Of a stretch of DNA of 6,688 nucleotides, positions 1-6,688 are shown one piece after another (within the stretch, counting starts at the first letter, position 1; each line of letters starts with the position of its first letter). The position numbers were made by a program, and so were the translations under genes. The DNA lies in NCBI GenBank assembly GCA_051294375.1, contig JBJCIZ010001372.1, positions 1-6,688 of the forward strand, in the 5' to 3' direction. A model generated the notes under the pieces. The model was not told where the DNA came from. It saw nothing but the letters and a program-made list of their open reading frames with translations, and searched no databases. This DNA is from Paraspadella gotoi (taxonomy: Eukaryota > Animalia > Chaetognatha).

Positions 1-32
1 CCTACTCCCGCTCGCGCGCGTACATCGAGAGC
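1..32 (-). CDS. Candidate exon 5 of gene A (ALDVRARAGV...), runs to the window edge
   Basis: Acceptor ...CAGATTTAG| at 34-33 closes a 61-nt intron, and the frame stays open to position 1. Confidence 0.25.
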
Positions 33-93
33 CTAAATCTGTTTGAAATCACCAGCCAAAATTCCAAGGCGAGCAAAATGCACAACAATGTAC

Positions 94-189
94 GAACGAC
101 GAAGTGAAGAGGTAATACGAGGGCGATCCGTTGAACGAGGGGAGCGGGAATTCTGCTCGTTTGCAGGCCGAGGCCGGAGACAATGTTGT
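94..189 (-). CDS. Candidate exon 4 of gene A (TTLSPASACKRAEFPLPSFNGSPSYYLFTSSF)
   Basis: Acceptor TACTAATTTTTTCAG| at 191-190 with a branch-like TACTAAT, and donor TTC|GTACAT at 93. The exon is 96 nt, phase 0/0. Confidence 0.38.
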
Positions 190-256
190 CTGAAAAAATT
201 AGTACCGGTTGAGACGCGGGGTCGGGTAAAGAGAGAGAGGAGAAGAGTAGGTAGAT

Positions 257-266
257 CCCCCCCCCC
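257..266. repeat. C10 homopolymer (G10 on minus strand)
   Basis: Directly visible in the sequence. Confidence 0.9.
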
Positions 267-275
267 GAACATCAC

Positions 276-481
276 CCTCAGAATCTTCAAGAGGCCTTTC
301 CAAGAGTAAGCCTGACCGCCGAGGATAGAGTTCGCCCCAGCAGCTATACTTGACGTCAAAATTCTCGGCGGCGGCCGAACCTTTTTCGGCCGACGCAGAC
401 TCGCCGGCGATAATTCCCGAGAGGGAGAACGCCGGGCGGGCGAGATTTTCGCGGCACGAAGGCTGAAGTGCCTGGGAAAAC
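276..481 (-). CDS. Candidate exon 3 of gene A, Ser/Pro/Arg-rich (FPRHFSLRAAKISPARRSPSRELSPASLRRPKKVRPPP...KGLLKILR)
   Basis: Polypyrimidine acceptor TTCCTTTGTCTTCTGCCAG| at 483-482, at the AT-to-GC boundary, and weak donor AGG|GTGATG at 275. The 206-nt exon joins in frame with exons 2 and 4. A second frame (ORF 199..495) is also open. Confidence 0.4.
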
Positions 482-994
482 CTGGCAGAAGACAAAGGAA
501 ATGGAAATTTAAATATAGTGTTACGGCTGGTTGACGTTCGCTTACTAACTTGCTATGTGACTTGTAAATATACGTTTTGAAATAATACAAATATAGATGT
601 TGAAAGTTGCAAAGTTACTTGTGTTATCAATGAGATATAAATATGAATATCACATGTCGGAAAGTTCAGAGAATCTTTGAAAAGAGAAAAGAAAAAACGC
701 AATGAGTTTGATCCTTCTTCAGCGATCCGTCTCCATCACTTGTCTTCACTATTTTAAAATCCACATAATTATTTTATTTAAATAATACATGAAAATATAA
801 CAAAAGTAATTAACAAATTTATATATCGAAAAAACCAAAATATGGCAAAAATTAAATATATAAAATAAATAATAATTCCAATAAAATTATCAAATAAAAG
901 AATGAACTTCTAACCACAAAAACGGATCAACAGATATCAAATGTGTTCTTTAGACCCCAAATCTGAAAATTTCTTACAATCGAATCATACTTAC

Positions 995-1068
995 ATGCAT
1001 AAAACCAATTCTTCTCCGCTTCATCCTCAACCTTCAAGCGTTCCGATAGGATCTTGATCCTGAGTTGG
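995..1068 (-). CDS. Candidate exon 2 of gene A (QLRIKILSERLKVEDEAEKNWFYA)
   Basis: Acceptor ...GAACTGACAG| at 1070-1069 and consensus donor CAT|GTAAGT at 994, at the shift into AT-rich sequence. The translation is charged and helix-like. Confidence 0.35.
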
Positions 1069-1292
1069 CTGTCAGTTCAAAGCCCACAACGATACAGACT
1101 CCCGACCAGTGGCCGCTGCACGCCGTTTGATTTTTCTCCGGGAACTACCCAGGATACTGCAGGTTGGCGCATCGCTTCCCCACTTGGTCGCCTTTCAACA
1201 CTCAAATTCGAGCGCTGACCCGAGGCGCCCAGGTCGCGAACTCCTCCAGCTCCCGGTCCTCGGAAAATATGAATCCGGAGGGTCAGACATAC

Positions 1293-1366
1293 CTTTGAGG
1301 CTCTTCTCCCGGAGACCCCAACATCGATAAGGAGTAGAAGACAGCAGAATGAACGGGAAATGGCAT
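1293..1366 (-). CDS. Candidate exon 1 of minus-strand spliced gene A, unknown product (MPFPVHSAVFYSLSMLGSPGEEPQ); 5' boundary uncertain
   Basis: Strong donor AAG|GTATGT at 1292. ATG at 1366 lies in the frame that joins the 1068-995 exon, and that frame is open up to about 1530. All three minus frames are open here, so the frame choice is weakly constrained. Confidence 0.25.
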
Positions 1367-1633
1367 TCGAAGCTCCCAGTAGTCGGTAGGATAAATGCCT
1401 CCTGCCTCTTTGGATAGACCGACCCCTTTTCCGTCTCCTTTCTTTTTTGCCCATGCCGCGGCGAAAACGCCCCACGGTCGCCAGTGTCGGGATATTGGCG
1501 TTGAATCGAGTGAAATTGTGGGTAAAGATTTTCAGGGGAAAAAGAAGAAGCAAAAAGCCGTTTTCGTACTTTGGTTGGAAATTTTGACATTCTATCGAAA
1601 ATCGAATTAGCGATATTATGAGATTATGGTGTA

Positions 1634-1676
1634 TCTTTTCTCTCTCTCTCCTCTTCTCTCTTCTCTCTCTCTCTTC

Positions 1677-1711
<35 letters not shown>

Positions 1712-1722
1712 TCTCTCCTCTC
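1634..1722 (+). repeat. Imperfect (CT)n microsatellite / polypyrimidine tract
   Basis: 89 nt of pyrimidines with a single A at 1697. Confidence 0.95.
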
Positions 1723-1743
1723 ACTTGGTGAATTTCTTTTCAG

Positions 1744-1798
1744 CTTCAAGCGCACTTCTTCCGTCAGTCAGCGCCTTGCTCCGTTCGCCCAGTTGAAG
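1744..1798 (+). other. Candidate 55-nt micro-exon (5' UTR, or coding FKRTSSVSQRLAPFAQLK)
   Basis: Acceptor TTTCTTTTCAG| ending at 1743 and donor AAG|GTAAAT at 1799. It contains Inr-like TCAGTC at 1764-1769. Confidence 0.35.
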
Positions 1799-1866
1799 GT
1801 AAATTCGATCTCGCACACAAGCAGTTTTTTTCGTCCCGTATTGGAAATACCATAGCTGCAACACAC

Positions 1867-1942
1867 GAAAGAGAGGAGGAGAGAGAGAGAGAGAGGAGAC
1901 TGTCGTGAGATGGAGGAGGAGAGAGATTGAGAGAGAGAAAGG
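1867..1942 (+). repeat. Interrupted (GA)n / GGA purine tract
   Basis: GA runs at 1867-1899 and 1907-1942. Confidence 0.9.
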
Positions 1943-2251
1943 ACCGAGGACCGACAGGAGAGAAGCCAGGTTAGATAAGAAAGTTAATAAGTTAAAGAAG
2001 ATTAAAAGATGTAATAATAATCCTTCACCCCACCAGAAGATAAAAAAGTTTTGTCTTCGGAAAACTTAAGATGATAACAAAACTGCTTTTTTGTCAGTCG
2101 CTGATAACATCCACTCTATTATATACAATAATCTTGTTCCCTCACCAAAGTCTGCTTCCACTCCACCGTGGTATTAAAACATATATTCACAGAATTCTTA
2201 AATTCTCCCTGTGAGACGAATAGAGTTTTCTCTCCCTCCGCACTTGTGTAG

Positions 2252-2305
2252 TTCTCGCAAAGACCCGACTGGGCTGTCGACCATCTCCATCGCAAAGTTT
2301 TACAA
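2252..2305 (+). CDS. Candidate 54-nt internal exon (FSQRPDWAVDHLHRKVLQ if phase 0)
   Basis: Pyrimidine tract then TGTGTAG| ending at 2251, and donor CAA|GTAATT at 2306. It is a GC-richer island in AT-rich flanks, with all three frames open. Confidence 0.25.
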
Positions 2306-3456
2306 GTAATTTATTCCGGTGTAGTATCTATTTATTAGACATAACCCATGAACATAAGATATTTTTCAATAAAATTCTTTGATGACCTCGTCTAAAGGGC
2401 AGATGGGTTCTTCTTGCAACAATTCTAATCTAATTGTTACACTAGAAAATAGACAATAGGCATCGATTCGAATCGTTTGATTTTGAAATTTTTTTTCGGT
2501 CGTATAATCAAAGGGGGCCAGTGACCATTTGGAAAAGAGGGCTGACGTGGGCGTGCAAGTGAAGACTTTAACACGAGTTATCTGCCCATTTAAGAACAAG
2601 TCGCAGGAGTCCCCTCTGCGGTTTCTCGAGTTCGAAGCGTCACGTACTTGAAGTGCTGCCGGACAGCGACTAGACCTTAAAAAACGGGCAAATGGTGTAA
2701 ATATCGAAGGAAAGATCGAAAGCAATTTGTCTTGATCGATTTTTCAACCGAAATTTTAACAGCGAGTCCGTTAAATGGGAATTGAAGTATATAATTATAG
2801 AAGAAACTAATTTTGTATAACGTGAGATAAGCACTCGAAGCTGTTAATTTAATGAATTCGCATTTACGAAAAGATTTCACATTATACTCCAATTACATAT
2901 TGTTAGTCGATGTAGAAAGAAGTCTTACTCAAATATAAATTAAAATTTCTATTGTGTTACTGGAAATCATACTGTAATCTGAACAAAAATAAAGAGGAAG
3001 AAATAACAGTTGGCATCGGCTAAGCGAAAACTAGAAATAATCAACGTTTCTTTGCGTAAACCAACTGTTTTGGCAACGAAAGAGTCCCGTAATCAAACTT
3101 GATTTATCAAGTTGAACACAGCGTTTGGAATCGCATCCGACGCTAATGTCGACGAACATAACCAAGTCCTTACCCCACAATTGATCGTCATCTTCGGAAT
3201 GGTTAGAGGTGTAGGAGCGAGGAGTTTTGAGGGATCTTTTTTTGTGTCGGCTGAAGATAGATATAGATTAAACCGAAGCGTAAAATTAAGGGAATGCAAC
3301 AGTCATAAATGTAAATTAATAATATATAAAGATCGGTTAATTGGGGAGCAGAAGAGGAAAATAAGGAAAGCAGATAGATGTAGAATAGTAACCTTTGTGA
3401 AAATCGTTGAAAGCCTGGTAAAAAGTACGTGATGAAAATTAAAATATATATAAGTG

Positions 3457-3537
3457 TTCTCCTCTCTGCTCTCTTCTTTTCTTTGCTGCAAATCTCTCTC
3501 TCTCTCTTCCTCTCCTCTCTCTTCTCTTCTGCTCTTC
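3457..3537 (+). repeat. Degenerate (CT)n / polypyrimidine tract
   Basis: Directly visible; purest from 3493 to 3530. Confidence 0.9.
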
Positions 3538-4018
3538 AATTACTCATCTCTTATCACTCCGCTGCCGTACACAAGTTCAAGCGCACCAGCGCCAGTTGTA
3601 TCGGAGGGACTATTGAAATATGCGCGTTAAACCATCGAAATGGCAGATATAAATAGGGAAAGGGAATCGCATCTTTGCGGAAGCATCAGCTTCGACCGTG
3701 AAAATGGGAGGAATTTGTTGGATTTTTTTGCGCGGACGATGAGACAATAGAGTTATAAAAACATATTTTATAATGATATTTTACAAACTTTGAGAATATT
3801 AAGAAGCCGGGGATGATATGTATGCTGCTCGCTTTTCAAAGAAAATTCTCTACCAGAGGGCAATAGAGAAAGATGAAAACAATAAAAAAAAAATTGAAAA
3901 AGGAATAAATTATTTTGATTGGTTTTTTAAGTGACTGAATGGGAATTGATCTTTGAGGCATGATTGATAAAATGAGTTTGTAGATAAACCATTCTATTAA
4001 ATTGCGTTCTACCTCCAG

Positions 4019-4510
4019 CAACTTCAGGCATCGTCTATAACCCTCCCACCAACTCCGTCCGCTCGACTCCGTCGAATCCCCGCCGATCTCGATTCCGTCG
4101 CCGAATCTCAACTGAGCCATCTCGAGACGCGACTACAAACAGTTCGTCGAACGCCTCGTCAAAGGCCCCGCGACAATGATGGCCCATCGGCAGCGGAAAC
4201 GTTCACGGCAGGCCGACGAATGGTCAGCAGAACGACGACCGCGGCGCCCTCGCTTCCAACGCTTCGCCGTAAAAGCGCAAAGACGCTGGCGCCACGTAGA
4301 ATTGGATCCTCAAAACGCGACGCCGCGAATCAATCGCATCGACGTCGCGGAATCGCAGATCTACTCCAGGACGAGCCAAGGATCCCATTGAATTCCTCGA
4401 CGACGATCCCAGCAGAAAACCTTGTTCCCCAAGAGATCGTCGGCGTCCTCGGCATCGTTCAGAATCGTCACCGAATGGCTCGTCCAAGGCGTCCTAGGGA
4501 GAAATCTTAA
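4019..4510 (+). CDS. Candidate terminal exon, 163 aa, Arg/Ser/Pro-rich low complexity (QLQASSITLPPTPSARLRRIPADLDSVAESQLSHLETRLQ...RPRRPREKS*)
   Basis: Acceptor TTCTACCTCCAG| ending at 4018, at a sharp AT-to-GC transition. The frame is open for 492 nt to TAA and extends track ORF 4220..4510 upstream. No domain recognised. Confidence 0.28.
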   Translation, partial: QLQASSITLPPTPSARLRRIPADLDSVAESQLSHLETRLQTVRRTPRQRPRDNDGPSAAETFTAGRRMVSRTTTAAPSLPTLRRKSAKTLAPRRIGSSKRDAANQSHRRRGIADLLQDEPRIPLNSSTTIPAENLVPQEIVGVLGIVQNRHRMARPRRPREKS

Positions 4511-4624
4511 GATCCCTGGCGACGATTAGGAATCGGCGGAGCGGGAAGGTTACTCAAAGAGGAAGTGAAAGTTGAGACCGGTGGCGGGGAGATCCGTCAT
4601 TGAGCGGCGTCTGGTCGAACTCAT
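4361..4624 (-). CDS. Speculative two-exon 67-aa ORF (4624-4554 + 4493-4361)
   Basis: ATG at 4624, a 60-nt GTAACC...CTAAT...TTTCTCCCTAG intron, and an in-frame join to TAG at 4361. It conflicts with the plus-strand exon candidate at 4019-4510. Confidence 0.15.
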
Positions 4625-5036
4625 TGCCGTTCACAAGTTTTAGTCTGGAATCGGAATACCGAAATCAGAGTTAACCCCGACCGCAGGATATTGTGGCCCC
4701 CGATATTCCGAAAAATCGAACCGTCAAGACACGCACGTCAAAATTAACGGGATCCTTCCGGCGCCGAGAAAATCGCGGAAGATTCGCGAGGTGGGCATCG
4801 ATTGAGCAATCGTCTGAGATTGACGCAAAGACTATTGCCGGAGACGGACAGAGAACCTGCGTCGAAAAGAAGGTGGAGGACGAAAGAACTCGATAGAGAC
4901 AAGACAGTACATTCCGTTGCTTCCAATGGGAGCAAATGTTAGAAAAGAAACTCAAGAATGATGTGGGTCTTGAAAGACCCTGGGAGAACCTCTTCGGAGA
5001 AATTTTGTCATCGTCCAATTAGAAGCCGCGCGTTGT

Positions 5037-6119
5037 TCAGATCCGAAGACCGACGGGCGTAGATGAATTGGAGAAAAAGAATACGGAGCGGAAATGCGTC
5101 GCTGAGATCGAACGAACTGTGATATGACGGAAGAAAAGTACATAAATCTCAAGAACATGACAAGGGTTGAAAGGATTTGGAAGGCCTAACTCCCTCGGAG
5201 CGAAACAATGGTCGAAGACGGACGTAAGCTGAAGGCGCATGTGCAGTCCCGAAGGAGTATATATGTGGAGAAAATTGAGAGAGTTGGACCAAATTTGCCG
5301 TCGAGTGTGACTACAACTAGTCGAAATTCGCTTCTTCGAGCCCTTGAAACGCGCCCCCGGGCTGAAAAGTCGATGAGGCTGACGACTAGAAACGGAGAAA
5401 GCAATGCAACAGTAGAATAACAGGCGGAAGCAAAGATCGAAAGAACGCAAGTAACCCGTAAGAGTATAGAACCAACGATTTGCGGGCCGAACGTCGAAAG
5501 ATGACTGCAGTAAGTAGCGGAAGCGGAGGTCTGTAGCACCAGACAGCGCGTGAAGCCACGGCGGAATAGGACTAAAGGAAACTGGAACGAAATCGAAAGG
5601 CTGAGGCGGGAGGGCGAGAGCTTGAAGGAACGCGAAATTGCCGGCGTGCAAGTAAAGAAAAAAAATTTTGGTCCTGGCCCTGGCAAAAACGGAGACGACT
5701 GAGCCAGAGAGTTTCGTCACACCGATGGGCTTGGCGGATAACAAACCGGATGTTGATCGCGAAAGAGTCGACGGAGCGTCGAAGCCGGAGTTCGCGAATG
5801 AAGCGCCGCCAGCGGTGGGAATAGAATCAAGGTCCCGCGACGAAAGCGAAACTCACGACTCTTTGCGGCAAGGAGGGTTACCTATGTGGAGGACCGATGT
5901 GCTTCGATCTCTTCCTAGAATCTCAATTCCTTTCCGACGATTTCCGCAAGCTGATTCCCCAGTCACTTCTGCTTCCGATATCTCCGCCGCTGCGGCTGTC
6001 GACGCTGCCGCCACTATCCCCGCCGCAGCTACCGTTGACGCCGCGTCTGCTCCGATAGAAAAGACGGAGAAAATGACTGCGAAGACGTCGGCCAAGATCT
6101 CATTACCTCTGGAACCCAT
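5037..6119 (-). CDS. Alternative antisense model: 301-aa two-exon ORF (6119-5857 + 5679-5037), unknown product
   Basis: Track ORFs 5853..6134 and 5037..5744 share one frame separated by a single TGA. That TGA lies within a GTGAGT donor at 5856, and acceptor GTTTTTGCCAG| at 5681-5680 restores the frame. It may be a shadow of the purine-rich plus strand. Confidence 0.18.
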
Positions 6120-6189
6120 CGTCCGAAAAAACAATTACTGGCTCATAATGTTAAACATCTTGATCAAGACTTTCGGACTTAAACCGGAG
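5725..6189 (+). CDS. Candidate large exon of plus-strand gene B, acidic and Ala-rich low-complexity protein; 5' boundary uncertain
   Basis: The frame is open from 5656 with the first ATG at 5725. Donor GAG|GTTAGT at 6190 is in phase 0 and is followed by AT-rich sequence. Confidence 0.42.
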
Positions 6190-6285
6190 GTTAGTGTGGG
6201 TCCTTTTACGAGGCTGTTGTATATATTCATTGTTACTGATAAAAAAATTTTATGAACGCCAACTTTAACTCATCTTCTAAACAAG

Positions 6286-6396
6286 ATGCTTCCTAAATCG
6301 TTGCGCCATCCGCCGGAGGATCAAACTCTCGCCTCCGAGGAAAATCGATCCAAACAAAACGAAAAGGCGGGAAACTCCTCGGCGAATGCGGAAAAG
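6286..6396 (+). CDS. Candidate internal exon of gene B (MLPKSLRHPPEDQTLASEENRSKQNEKAGNSSANAEK)
   Basis: Acceptor CTTCTAAACAAG| and strong donor AAG|GTAAGG at 6397. The exon is 111 nt, phase 0/0 and open. Confidence 0.45.
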
Positions 6397-6467
6397 GTAA
6401 GGGTGAAGTAGAAAATAAAAATGATGAAATAGTGCAGTAGGAATGATTCACGTCGAATTTTTTAAAG

Positions 6468-6471
6468 GAAT

Positions 6472-6502
<31 letters not shown>

Positions 6503-6626
6503 AAAATCAAGCAATCAAATCCTTCCGCCTCCAGTTCGTTTCGAGGAAAGACGAAGCGTCGAAAATAAGCGAGAAAATTATTACAAAACTTTCGTCGACA
6601 ATGTGAAGGAAGAAATGAAGAAATGA
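6468..6626 (+). CDS. Candidate last exon of gene B (ESATTTTTTTTTKSSNQILPPPVRFEERRSVENKRENYYKTFVDNVKEEMKK*)
   Basis: Acceptor TTTTTTAAAG| ending at 6467 after a 71-nt intron. The phase-0 frame is open to TGA at 6624-6626 and is followed by T-rich, 3' UTR-like sequence. Confidence 0.45.
6475..6502 (+). repeat. (CGA)9 trinucleotide microsatellite
   Basis: Perfect 28-nt repeat; it would encode poly-Thr in the gene B frame. Confidence 0.95.
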
Positions 6627-6688
6627 CGGGTGTCGTTTTATTTATTTTCATTTTTCATTAATCGTTAAATTTTCAATTTTCTTTTGGC

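Noticed and set aside
1322-1329. DRE-like CATCGATA
   Set aside because: It mismatches TATCGATA, TCGA words are abundant throughout the window, and it lies within a candidate exon.
2397-2587. Inverted pair GGGCAGAT / ATCTGCCC as possible MITE ends
   Set aside because: Only 8 bp are perfect, and no target-site duplication is evident.
2366-3432. Short ORFs in AT-rich sequence (2366..2725, 2677..2892, 3093..3299, 3112..3432)
   Set aside because: No domain, obvious codon bias or consistent splice structure, and the lengths are compatible with chance.
3429-3656. 75-aa ORF with a signal-peptide-like L/S/F N-terminus, and its antisense E/R-rich ORF 3303..3539
   Set aside because: Both compositions are simply translations of the CT tract.
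1077-5855. Alternative genetic code or selenocysteine to explain single in-frame stops
   Set aside because: The interrupting stops include TGA, TAG and TAA on both strands, and I saw no conserved protein context or SECIS-like element.
2464-6169. 12-bp palindromes CGATTCGAATCG (2464-2475) and TCTTGATCAAGA (6158-6169)
   Set aside because: One or two are expected by chance in 6.7 kb (about 1 per 4096 positions).
6293-6651. Minus-strand ORFs with poly-Val and poly-Ser
   Set aside because: They are artefacts of the (CGA)n repeat; the plus-strand exon model fits better.
1-6688. CRISPR array, tRNA/rRNA genes, transposase or reverse transcriptase, prokaryotic operon
   Set aside because: No regularly spaced repeats, cloverleaf or catalytic motifs were seen, and the architecture is eukaryotic.

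Overview
This is eukaryotic genomic DNA: GC- and CpG-rich patches alternate with AT-rich stretches and CT/GA microsatellites, with plausible GT-AG splice signals on both strands. The lack of CpG depletion and several TTTTCAG-type acceptors suggest an invertebrate, but I cannot assign the taxon. I recognise no protein family, RNA gene, transposase or CRISPR array, and most ORF-track entries look like composition artefacts. Manual splicing gives three tentative frame-consistent models: a minus-strand 5-exon gene running off the left edge (about 1366 to <1), a weak plus-strand chain (1744-1798, 2252-2305, 4019-4510), and the 3' end of a plus-strand gene (about 5725-6189, 6286-6396, 6468-6626) that overlaps a long antisense frame. 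The clearest non-coding structures are an inverted CT/GA tract pair enclosing a micro-exon-like segment, and a motif set repeated behind both long CT tracts. I found no convincing novel system; all gene calls are low to moderate confidence.
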